A stretch of DNA of 64,000 nt from Pseudomonadota bacterium (GTDB lineage: Bacteria; Desulfobacterota; Desulfobacteria; Desulfobacterales; RPRI01): NCBI GenBank assembly GCA_043825875.1, contig JBDRRF010000024.1, positions 24,759-88,758 of the forward strand, in the 5' to 3' direction. The notes beneath the pieces are model-generated. The model was not told the DNA's origin. It did not search any database and saw nothing but the letters and a program-made list of their open reading frames with translations. Position numbers and translations under genes: made by a program. Within the stretch, counting starts at the first letter, position 1, and each line of letters begins with the position of its first letter. Positions 9,297 through 18,517 of the stretch are shown in pieces.

Positions 9297-11042
9297 GTGA
9301 AATCCATTGAGCTGATAAAGTCTTATTTTCTTGAAAACCGTCTTAGGATAGTAGTTGGCCTCTTATGCCTGATAGCTGTTGATTTTCTGCAGCTTATAAT
9401 TCCACGCATAATGAAACTTGCTATCGATGATCTTGCTTTATTTAGGGCAGATACAAAACAACTTGCCATATATGCTCTATATATTGTTGGTATTGCACTT
9501 TTGATGGCAGTATTTAGATACTTGTGGAGAAAATATCTTATAGGTACTTCCAGGGCTGTGGAGGAAGGTTTGAGAAACAAACTTTTCAGCCATATACAGT
9601 CTCTTTCTTCTCCTTATTTTGATAAAACAAAAACCGGCGATATTATGGCCCATGCCACAAACGATATTATGCATATCAGAATGGCAATTGGCATGGGAAT
9701 GGTAGCCTTAACCGATGCCTTAGTTCTTGGCGCGGCTTCCATAGGTTTTATGCTTTATATCAATAAAACTCTTACCATATTTGCTCTTATACCCATGCCT
9801 TTTATTGCTTTCGGAGCAAAATTTTTCAGCAGAAAAATGCACAGGCTTTACGACTCTGTTCAGGCATCATTTTCCGAGCTGACCGAAACCGTTCGCGAAC
9901 AGTTTGCAGGAATACAGGTGGTAAAAGCTTATACAATGGAAAAAGAAGAAAGCCGGCTTGTTGAAAAAAGATCAAAAGATTACGTAAAAGAAAATTTAAA
10001 GCTTGTTAAAATTACCGGTTTTTTCTTTCCAATGATGCTTCTTTTTTCAAACATCAGCATGGTTATTGTTTTGTTTCTTGGAGGCAGGCAAACAATATAT
10101 TCCACGATAACACCTGGTGATTTTGTGGCATTTATTAACTATCTTGGTCTTATTACCTGGCCAATGATGGCAATGGGCTGGGTTACAAATCTTGTGCAGC
10201 GCGGAAAAGCATCTCTTGACAGGATAAACAGGATCATGGAAACAACTCCTGAAATTTTTGATAAAAGTGATGCAAAATCGATCAATATCAGTGCGGCTGA
10301 AATAGTATTTGAAGATGTGATGTTTTCATACAAAGTCGGTGCCAATCCTGTGTTATCCGGTATTAACATTAAAATCGGAAAAGGGCAGATTATTGGAATT
10401 GCAGGGCCTCCAGGAAGCGGTAAAACAACTCTGTCAGGCCTTATCCCAAGGCTATACGATGTTTCAGGGGGGCAGATACTGATAAACGGTGAAGATATAC
10501 GTTCGATACGCCTTCTTGATTTAAGAAAAAGTATTTCTTTTATGCCCCAGGAACCCTTTCTGTTTGACGGAACAATACGCGAAAACATAACTCTTGGAAC
10601 CGAAGATATAAAAGAATCGGATTTGGGAAAAGTTATGGAAAAGGCGGCGCTTTTTGAAACAGTGAAAAGCTTTCCCGCAGGGATTGATACAATAGTAGGA
10701 GAAAAAGGTATTGTTCTTTCGGGGGGGCAAAAGCAAAGGATTGCCCTTGCAAGAGCGCTTCTTGCCGATTCGCCGGTACTTATATTAGATGATCCGGTAA
10801 GTCAGGTTGATGTAGAGACAGGGTTAGCTATAATAAACAACATAAAATCCATGCAGGGGAAAAAGACTGTCATCATAGTTTCACACAGACTTTCAGCACT
10901 TTGTTTTGCCGATCAGATTATCGTGATCGATAAGGGAGAAATTGTAGAATCAGGAGACCACAAACAGCTTATGAAACTTGGGAAATACTATGCTGATACT
11001 TATAGAATGCAGGAAATCGAAGAGGAACTAAATGCGCTTTGA
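9297..11042 (+). CDS. Heterodimeric ABC exporter subunit (MdlA-like)
   Basis: TMD + NBD; GPPGSGKT, LSGGQKQR; degenerate Walker B ILDDP. Confidence 0.92.
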   Translation: MKSIELIKSYFLENRLRIVVGLLCLIAVDFLQLIIPRIMKLAIDDLALFRADTKQLAIYALYIVGIALLMAVFRYLWRKYLIGTSRAVEEGLRNKLFSHIQSLSSPYFDKTKTGDIMAHATNDIMHIRMAIGMGMVALTDALVLGAASIGFMLYINKTLTIFALIPMPFIAFGAKFFSRKMHRLYDSVQASFSELTETVREQFAGIQVVKAYTMEKEESRLVEKRSKDYVKENLKLVKITGFFFPMMLLFSNISMVIVLFLGGRQTIYSTITPGDFVAFINYLGLITWPMMAMGWVTNLVQRGKASLDRINRIMETTPEIFDKSDAKSINISAAEIVFEDVMFSYKVGANPVLSGINIKIGKGQIIGIAGPPGSGKTTLSGLIPRLYDVSGGQILINGEDIRSIRLLDLRKSISFMPQEPFLFDGTIRENITLGTEDIKESDLGKVMEKAALFETVKSFPAGIDTIVGEKGIVLSGGQKQRIALARALLADSPVLILDDPVSQVDVETGLAIINNIKSMQGKKTVIIVSHRLSALCFADQIIVIDKGEIVESGDHKQLMKLGKYYADTYRMQEIEEELNAL

Positions 11043-13035
11043 TTATGGATATGAGGAAGAAAGGCTTGGTAAGCATTACGATTTAAATCTTTTAAAAAAG
11101 CTTTATTCGTTTGGCAAGCCTTACAGCAAGCTTTTTTTATGGGCGATATTACTTGTTGTATCAATTACCCTGCTTGATCTTTCACTTCCCTATGTGACAA
11201 AGGTTGCGATAGACAGATACATTGTTCCCCGGCCCGTGATGCATGAAAAAACCGGTAAGCCCGATGAGAAAAAAGCAGGATATTACAAAGCGGATATAAA
11301 CGATCCTGAAATTTATGAAATTTTAGAAAAGTATAAAATAGAATTTAATAAAAAAGAAGCTTTTGCCGATATTAATTATGACAAGCTTCGTAACATGGAC
11401 AAAAAAGATATTTTAAAATTAAGAGCACAAGATATAAATGGAGTTGGTCTTGCCGCTGTAGTGCTTCTTGTTTTGGTAATTGCCAGCTTTTTGCTGGGAT
11501 TTGTGGAAATAATGCTGATGGAATATACAGGGCAGATGGTAATGCATGATTTAAGGATGCGGCTATTTAACCATATCCAGGGGCTACCGGTTTCTTTTTT
11601 TACAAAAAACCCCACAGGAAGGCTTGTTACCAGAGTTACAAGCGATGTCCAGAATATGCATGAGCTTTTCACTTCGGTAATATCGGTTGTTTTTAAAGAT
11701 ATCTTTCTTCTTTTCGGAATCATGATTGTTCTTATAAGTATAAACTGGAAATTTGCTCTTGTCTCATTTACGGTTATACCTTTTGTTGCCTTTGCGTCTT
11801 TTAAATTTTCAAACCAGGCCAGAGACGCCTTTAGAACACTTAGGGTAAAAATAGCGGAAATTAATTCCAAAATATCCGAAACGATAGGAGGGATAAAAGT
11901 TATACAGCTTTTTTCAAAAGAGGGGGAAAACTATAAAAGTTTTAAAAAGCTTAACCATGAGAACTATGTAGCAGGTATGAAGCAGATTCATGTCTTAGCT
12001 GTTTTCATGCCTGTAATAGAACTTCTTGGTTCCATCTCGGTTGCTCTGGTTATTTTCTATGGCGGAAGCAGCGTTATTTCCGATAAAGTGACTTTAGGGG
12101 CACTTGTAGCTTTCATAGCATATATAAAGATGTTTTTCGGGCCAATAAGGGATATTGCCGATAAGTACAATATTCTTCAAAATGCCATGGCTTCAGCAGA
12201 AAGAATATTTCTTGTTCTTGACAACGAAAATACTACTGAAAAAAGTATTCATGACTATATCGGAAAAACACATGACAATACCATTGCCGGCAATAAGGAT
12301 AATAAATTAGACGGCAGGATAAACTCTGTTGAATTCAGGGATGTTTCATTTGGCTATGTTTCCGGTGAACCTGTTTTAAAAAATATATCCCTGAATATCA
12401 GAGCAGGAGAAAAAATAGCTGTTGTCGGACCCACAGGAACCGGGAAAACAACCCTTATTAATCTTCTGTCAAGGTTTTACGAGCCTGATTCGGGGCATAT
12501 ACTAGTAAATGAAACCGATATCAAAGAAATTTCTCCGGCTTCACTCAGATCCAAAATGGCCCTTGTGATGCAGGATTCTTTTTTATTTTCAGGTACTGTG
12601 CGGGAAAATATCGCAAGAGGCAAACGTGACATCACAGAAAAGGAAATAGAGGATATCATCGATGCTTCAAATTGCAGAGCAATAATAGAAAAATTGCCTG
12701 AAGGGATTGATACCGTGCTTTCTGAAGGAGGAAAATCTATATCAAGCGGAGAGCGGCAGCTTATATCAATAGCAAGAGCATTAGCCCGTGATCCTGAAAT
12801 AATCATGCTTGATGAGGCTACTTCTTATGTTGACTCGGAAACGGAAAGTCTTATTGAAAAGGCGGTTGGAAATCTTATGGAAGGCAGAACCTCAATAGTA
12901 ATAGCTCACAGACTTTCAACTGCCAGAAGAGCCGATCGCATAGTGGTACTTAAAAAAGGAAGAATAGTCGAATCCGGCAGTCATGAAGAGCTGATGAAAA
13001 TCAAAGGATTATATTTCAGATTATTCAGCATATAG
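11032..13035 (+). CDS. Heterodimeric ABC exporter subunit (MdlB-like)
   Basis: GPTGTGKT, degenerate signature ISSGERQ, MLDEAT; overlaps the partner gene. Confidence 0.92.
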   Translation: MRFDYGYEEERLGKHYDLNLLKKLYSFGKPYSKLFLWAILLVVSITLLDLSLPYVTKVAIDRYIVPRPVMHEKTGKPDEKKAGYYKADINDPEIYEILEKYKIEFNKKEAFADINYDKLRNMDKKDILKLRAQDINGVGLAAVVLLVLVIASFLLGFVEIMLMEYTGQMVMHDLRMRLFNHIQGLPVSFFTKNPTGRLVTRVTSDVQNMHELFTSVISVVFKDIFLLFGIMIVLISINWKFALVSFTVIPFVAFASFKFSNQARDAFRTLRVKIAEINSKISETIGGIKVIQLFSKEGENYKSFKKLNHENYVAGMKQIHVLAVFMPVIELLGSISVALVIFYGGSSVISDKVTLGALVAFIAYIKMFFGPIRDIADKYNILQNAMASAERIFLVLDNENTTEKSIHDYIGKTHDNTIAGNKDNKLDGRINSVEFRDVSFGYVSGEPVLKNISLNIRAGEKIAVVGPTGTGKTTLINLLSRFYEPDSGHILVNETDIKEISPASLRSKMALVMQDSFLFSGTVRENIARGKRDITEKEIEDIIDASNCRAIIEKLPEGIDTVLSEGGKSISSGERQLISIARALARDPEIIMLDEATSYVDSETESLIEKAVGNLMEGRTSIVIAHRLSTARRADRIVVLKKGRIVESGSHEELMKIKGLYFRLFSI

Positions 13036-13100
13036 CAATTTTTTAGGAGTTTTTGCAGATTCATCAATATCTGGCAAATCATACAAATACTATCAAAGTT

Positions 13101-13243
13101 GAGCCACTTTCAAAACGTTTCAGTTTGGTCAAGCTCAAGGCGGGAGAAAATTTCAACCACAGGAATACATCGAGTATTTCGAGGATTGAAATTTGAGCCC
13201 AACGCTTAAGATCGGCCAAAATGGGGCGTTTTGAAACTGGCTC
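13101..13243 (+). mobile_element. MITE-like element, family A copy 1
   Basis: 17-bp terminal IR GAGCCACTTTCAAAACG/CGTTTTGAAACTGGCTC (1 mismatch); flanked by direct repeat AGTT; near-identical copies at 16202 and 63860. Confidence 0.9.
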
Positions 13244-13260
13244 AGTTGATATTTAATAAA

Positions 13261-13289
13261 TTGACATAATAGAAGATGTTTGGTATGTA
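13261..13289 (+). promoter_or_regulatory. Candidate sigma-70 promoter of the pilus operon
   Basis: TTGACA-17-TATGTA with TG extension; 12-bp direct repeat TTAATAAATTGA at 13253 and 13300. Confidence 0.4.
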
Positions 13290-13516
13290 TTTGTCAATGT
13301 TAATAAATTGATACATACTGTGTTTTAAACACAGCGATATCAGGCATTTATAAAAAACAATAATATGGTCATTTAAATTAGTCACTTAAGTTGCTTTTTG
13401 CAAATATTGTTAAAGAGTGAAAATATTAAATGATTTTTGATATATAAAAAGCGGTTGATTGATTCAGCTTATTATGACCCGAAGCAATATATGAATAATT
13501 CAGGAGGAGGCATAAT

Positions 13517-15409
13517 TTGTCCCGTATAAAAGAAGCTACCTCTACCGAAAAACTGCTTAATACTATCCGCAACAAAAAAACCGATACCGATAATCAGGCT
13601 TCGCATATATCCACTATTGAGCCACAGAATAATAAACCCAAAAGTTTTGTGTCTAATAATTTTGTATCAGAGAAAAAACCTGTAACCATAGGCGTTGATA
13701 TCGGGCATGAATGCCTGAGATTGGTTAAGACTACAAAAGCCTCTGATAAAAACCGGATTTTTCTTGGGTATAAAATAATACCGTTTGCAAATATAACTTC
13801 CAGGAAGTCCCCTAAATTCGCCGGTTTTATAAAAGCGGAACTTTTAAAATTCTTTGGAGCCGACCGTAAGGTAAATATATGGGCGAACATGTCTGCGGCA
13901 CGTGTTAATGTCCGTCATTTAAGGATTCCCAAAGTACCAAAAAAGCAAATTGAAAACGCCATCTCCTGGGCGATTAAAAGAGAAACCCCTTTTGATGATA
14001 ATGATACAAGTCTTGATTTCGAGATACTAGGAGATATTAAAGAAGACAATATCGCAAAATTATATGCTGTTGCCTATACGGCTCCTAAAGATGAAATTAA
14101 TGAGATCAAAAATCTGTTTTCAGAAATCGGCCTGCAATTAGATGGAATTTCCATTACTCCTTTTGCGCTCCAGAACATATTAAAAACCGTTCAGATCCCT
14201 GATTTTGAAGGTACGGTTGCATGCTTGTTTATAGGCAATGACTTTTCACGCATAGATATTTATGCTCATGGCAAACTTGTTATGACAAGGGGTATCAGAG
14301 CCGGTATAAACAGTATGGTTGAAGCATTGATGGAAAGTATTTCAGCGAAGGTATATGACGGCCAAGGATTTAATGAAAAAGAAGGGGGAAATGCTGCGGC
14401 TATAGCTAAAGAGATTAGAAAAGCGCTAATAAGCCTAAGCCCTGATTCTGAACCTCTTACAGAAAATGATATTGGTTTTGAACTTAAAGAAGAGGAAAAA
14501 TTTAAAGTTATTGCACTTTCTTTAGAAAGAATTGTCAGACAGGTAGAAAGGACTTTTGAATATTATACTGCAAATCTTAAATATGACAGGATTGAAAGAA
14601 TTTATATATCTACTGCAATGAATGTTTACATGCCCATAGTAAAATATATCGGCGATCAACTGGGAATGGAAAGTGATATACTTGATCCGCTGAAATTTAA
14701 TCTGCCTAATTTTGAAAGCCTTGCAGTAAAAGCTACGGTTTCGGACAGAATTGCACTTACACCGGCTTTGGGCCTTGCCCTTTCGGATAATGACTATACG
14801 CCAAATCTGTTGTTTAGATTTAAAGACAAGGAGAAGCTGGCCGCCTCTTTACGTATTACAAATATAGTATTTGTTTTTTTAATGCTTTTTGCAGTCTTTT
14901 GCGGGGGGCTTTTCTTGTATCAAAAAGACACTATCAAGCAAAGAAAAGCCGGCATTTCACATCTTGAAAAACAGATGTTCCAATATGAACCATCTGTCGA
15001 TCAGGCGATGATATCACAAATGATTAGCAGTTCTGAAAAAAAACAGCTTATAGCAATGGAATACAAAGAAAAATATTTCTCAATGGCTGTGATCAGCGAG
15101 TTGACATCTATAGTTCCTGTAAATATACGTCTCATTAAGCTTAAGGCTGATCTGGGAAATGCAAAACCGGATAAAAAACTGCTAATAAAAGATCGGAATA
15201 TAACCAGGGAAAATACAGAAAAGAAAATGCTTCTTGAAGGGTTGGTTTTTGGTGATGAAAATACTCTTGAATCATCACTGGCCAGCTTTATAGTGAAGTT
15301 AGATGAGTCCCCGATATTCGGGGATATAAGCATTAAGCAGAACAATGTTAAACCATTTAAAGAAAATAAAGTTCTTCACTTCATAATTGAAACAAAAATG
15401 ATAGACTAG
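13517..15409 (+). CDS. pilM: PilM-like actin-fold protein fused to TM + PilN-like domain
   Basis: IGVDIG start, actin-like body ending ALGLAL, then PNLL + TM helix + PilN-like periplasmic domain; AGGAGG RBS before a TTG start. Confidence 0.8.
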   Translation: MSRIKEATSTEKLLNTIRNKKTDTDNQASHISTIEPQNNKPKSFVSNNFVSEKKPVTIGVDIGHECLRLVKTTKASDKNRIFLGYKIIPFANITSRKSPKFAGFIKAELLKFFGADRKVNIWANMSAARVNVRHLRIPKVPKKQIENAISWAIKRETPFDDNDTSLDFEILGDIKEDNIAKLYAVAYTAPKDEINEIKNLFSEIGLQLDGISITPFALQNILKTVQIPDFEGTVACLFIGNDFSRIDIYAHGKLVMTRGIRAGINSMVEALMESISAKVYDGQGFNEKEGGNAAAIAKEIRKALISLSPDSEPLTENDIGFELKEEEKFKVIALSLERIVRQVERTFEYYTANLKYDRIERIYISTAMNVYMPIVKYIGDQLGMESDILDPLKFNLPNFESLAVKATVSDRIALTPALGLALSDNDYTPNLLFRFKDKEKLAASLRITNIVFVFLMLFAVFCGGLFLYQKDTIKQRKAGISHLEKQMFQYEPSVDQAMISQMISSSEKKQLIAMEYKEKYFSMAVISELTSIVPVNIRLIKLKADLGNAKPDKKLLIKDRNITRENTEKKMLLEGLVFGDENTLESSLASFIVKLDESPIFGDISIKQNNVKPFKENKVLHFIIETKMID

Positions 15410-15536
15410 TATCGTGTCATGCATCATTTGTCATCTCGACTAAAAGGAGAGATCTTGTTTTTAAGAGATTTATAAAGATTTCTCCCGTTGGTCGAAATGA
15501 CAGGTTGGTACATTTCATAGTTGACGTGACACTAGT
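15405..15536. repeat. Miniature element bounded by ACTAGT enclosing a REP-like palindrome
   Basis: Ends ACTAGTATCGTGTCA / TGACGTGACACTAGT form an imperfect IR; inner arms TGTCATCTCGACTAAAAGGAGAGATCT (15429-15455) and AGATTTCTCCCGTTGGTCGAAATGACA (15476-15502). Confidence 0.7.
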
Positions 15537-15640
15537 AAAAGTAAAAATTGGGATACGTTAAAGACGCTTTTTTTAAAGTTTGAAAGTAAAACTGCTAAAG
15601 GATTCTCATAAAGCTGTAATTAAAGAAGTGGAATTTATAA

Positions 15641-16192
15641 ATGTACCAAAAAATAAAAGATATAATAAAAAATATGATGATTCCAAAGCGCACTCTTTTA
15701 TTTATGGGGGTGTGTCTTTCGGCAATATTAATAATAATATTGATAGGGATAATTCCTAATTGGATCTCCCTTAAAAGGCTTGACTGCAAAGCCACCGATT
15801 TAAAAATACAATTTGAGGAGAAAAAACAAATTTATCCCATATATAGTATTTTGAAAAATAATGATCATCAAAATTATCAAATGGCCCTGCCTTTTCCGGT
15901 AAAAAACAAGCTTTTGCGGGAATCAATCGGTTTGTTTCCTGTCACCCTGAAAAGTATTGCCAAAGAAGCGGGAATGGATGCGATATCAATTTCCCCGGAT
16001 ATTAATCTGCTTTCCTCCGGCTCCAAAATTATTTTTGTTAATGCAGTATTAAGGGGGGATTTTTTAAGTTTTCGCAAGTTATTAATAGGCCTTGGTAAAG
16101 TACCTTATTCAGAGTCTGTGGAAGAGATACGGATTGAGCAAAAAATAGATGCCATGGAATTTATACTGAAAATCCGACTGGCTCTCGCATAA
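15641..16192 (+). CDS. PilO/MshJ-like alignment protein
   Basis: N-terminal TM helix and LRGDFLSFRKLL ferredoxin-like motif; position after pilMN. Confidence 0.7.
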   Translation: MYQKIKDIIKNMMIPKRTLLFMGVCLSAILIIILIGIIPNWISLKRLDCKATDLKIQFEEKKQIYPIYSILKNNDHQNYQMALPFPVKNKLLRESIGLFPVTLKSIAKEAGMDAISISPDINLLSSGSKIIFVNAVLRGDFLSFRKLLIGLGKVPYSESVEEIRIEQKIDAMEFILKIRLALA

Positions 16193-16201
16193 AAAACCGT
16201 A

Positions 16202-16343
16202 GAGCCACTTTCAAAACGTTTCAGTTTGGTCAAGCTCAAGGCGGGCGAAAATTTCAACCACAGGAATACATTAAGTATTTCGAGGATTGAAATTTAAGCC
16301 CAACGCAGAGATCGGCCAAAATGGGGCGTTTTGAAACTGGCTC
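16202..16343 (+). mobile_element. MITE-like element, family A copy 2
   Basis: Same TIRs as the 13101 copy; flanked by direct repeat CGTA. Confidence 0.9.
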
Positions 16344-16360
16344 CGTAGATTAGAGGATTT

Positions 16361-16867
16361 ATGGGAAACCTGACAAGACAGCAAATCATAATACTTTCAA
16401 TAACGGTTATTGTAGCATTATACGGTATTTATGACCGAATAATAGTTCCACGAACAAAATCCGTTTCTTTGGAAAAGGAAAAAAAATCTACGGAACTGGA
16501 AACTTTTATATCTGATATTACGGCAAAAATAACAAAAGGACCTATTACTGCTGCCGATAACCGTGCTATAAATCTTGCAGAGACTAAATGGAAGCAGGAT
16601 CCGTTTTTAGATCAGAAATCATTTCATGCTTGGGTTAAGTTTAACAAACCTGATGCCGGCAATATTTCAAAATCAGAACCGGTCTTCAGTTATTCCGGAT
16701 ATATTAGTATGGGCAGGAAAAAAATGGCCATTATTAACGGTATTGAGTACGAATCCGGAGAACCTTTGGATTCGGAAGGATATATTCTGGAAAAAATCTA
16801 TCCGGAAAAGGCAGTAATTGTAAACAAAAATAACCTGTCAAGAATTGAAGTTTCTTTACAGGAATAG
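16361..16867 (+). CDS. PilP/MshK-like protein
   Basis: TM helix, WKQDPF and AIING motifs; lies before the secretin. Confidence 0.7.
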   Translation: MGNLTRQQIIILSITVIVALYGIYDRIIVPRTKSVSLEKEKKSTELETFISDITAKITKGPITAADNRAINLAETKWKQDPFLDQKSFHAWVKFNKPDAGNISKSEPVFSYSGYISMGRKKMAIINGIEYESGEPLDSEGYILEKIYPEKAVIVNKNNLSRIEVSLQE

Positions 16868-16906
16868 CCTAATCAGCCTCATAATGCAAAGATTGGGGGG
16901 GGAACT

Positions 16907-18496
16907 TTGACTGATAAAAATGATTATAAAATTAAGTGGGCTCTGGGAGCCGTCATTATTCTTCTGGTTGCAATAACAGGTTGTGCCGAAGATGTGGCAT
17001 TAAAAAAAGACTCCTTTTTCGAAAAATGGGAAACTATGGCCCAGACATCTAAAGGCCATTCCCCGGCTACTGAACTTAAAAACTTCGAAGTTTCGGAAAT
17101 AGAACAGAAAAAGAAAATGAATACGGCTGATGTGGAAAATACGCCTTCTGCAAAACGTCTTCCTGCTAATAAAATAAGTCTTAAGATGCGTCAGGCAGAT
17201 GTGAATGCGATTCTTCGGGCTATGGCCAAGACCGAGGGGTTGAACATATTAATTAAAAACGAAGTAAAAGGTGAGATCACCATTGATTTTACTGAAGTTC
17301 CATGGGATCAGGCTTTTTTGAGCATCTTGCGAAACCAGGGTTTGGATTATGTTTGGGAAGGCGATATTATAAGAGTCATGACAATAGAGGATCTACAGGA
17401 GGATTTAAAGAAAAAAACTCAGCAGATGGGCATCAATCAAGTGGCGCCTCTTGTATCCAGGATAGTAAATATAAATTATGCCGATGCCAAGGGTCTTAAG
17501 GAGAATCTTGTAGAGTTTCTGACCAAAGACAAAGACGGCAAGCCAAGGGGTTCGATTCGGGTTGATGAGCATAATAATGCCTTAATTATTCAGGCCATAA
17601 AAGAAGATATAAAAAAGATTATGCCGATAATTGGAAAAATTGACAAGCCAACTCCTCAAATTCTGATTAAGGCAAACATAGTTGAAACAACACAGGATAC
17701 TGCCCGTGAGCTTGGTATCCAGTGGGGAGGTATGTACAATCCTCGCCTGGGTAATCATGATTTGTGGGTAAATCCTGGCGGTTCTACGACTGCAACTACT
17801 CCAACAAATCCGATTTCAGGAAGTTATGCGCCTTCCTATGGTTCAAATGGTCTGAGCAGTCAGGGTTTTGGTGTCAATTTTCCGGCATCTATGTCGGATA
17901 CAGCATCAAGTTCTCTGGGCCTTATGTTCGGTACCATTGGTGGAAATATCCTTGAAATGCAGTTAAGTGCTCTTCAGAACGATGGGAAATTAAATATCCT
18001 GTCAAGCCCGTCTATCACAACTCTTGACAACCAGACAGCCTATACGGAAAACGGAGAGCGAATCCCATATGTTACTGAAGAATCAAGCTCAACTGGTTCA
18101 ATTACAAAATCGGTAAAATTCGAAGATGTTGTGCTGCGTCTGGAAATAAAGCCCCATGTAATTGACAGTAGAAATCTTAAAATGGAAGTTCTTGTAAAAA
18201 AGAATGAAGTTGACAACACAAGAAATGTGCTGGGGAATCCTTATATAATAAAAAAGGAAACAAAAACTACTCTGATTGTACAAGATGGTGAAACTATTGT
18301 TATCTCAGGCCTTACAAAACAGAAGAAACAGGATTCGAATAATAGGGTGCCCGTATTAAGCGATATGCCTTTGATAGGACGGCTGTTTAAAGGAACCAGC
18401 AAAAGCGAATCAATGGAAGAAGTCCTCATATTCATAACTCCTACAATATTGCCTGTTCAAACAGCTTATTCAGTATCGGAGAATAAAAATAATTAA
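16907..18496 (+). CDS. pilQ: Type IV pilus secretin (lipoprotein)
   Basis: Lipobox AITGC; QILIKANIVE, ELGIQW, VPVLSDMPLIGRLF and LIFITPTI secretin motifs. Confidence 0.92.
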   Translation: MTDKNDYKIKWALGAVIILLVAITGCAEDVALKKDSFFEKWETMAQTSKGHSPATELKNFEVSEIEQKKKMNTADVENTPSAKRLPANKISLKMRQADVNAILRAMAKTEGLNILIKNEVKGEITIDFTEVPWDQAFLSILRNQGLDYVWEGDIIRVMTIEDLQEDLKKKTQQMGINQVAPLVSRIVNINYADAKGLKENLVEFLTKDKDGKPRGSIRVDEHNNALIIQAIKEDIKKIMPIIGKIDKPTPQILIKANIVETTQDTARELGIQWGGMYNPRLGNHDLWVNPGGSTTATTPTNPISGSYAPSYGSNGLSSQGFGVNFPASMSDTASSSLGLMFGTIGGNILEMQLSALQNDGKLNILSSPSITTLDNQTAYTENGERIPYVTEESSSTGSITKSVKFEDVVLRLEIKPHVIDSRNLKMEVLVKKNEVDNTRNVLGNPYIIKKETKTTLIVQDGETIVISGLTKQKKQDSNNRVPVLSDMPLIGRLFKGTSKSESMEEVLIFITPTILPVQTAYSVSENKNN

Positions 18497-18517
18497 CTCT
18501 TTTATGCAAAAGTAATT

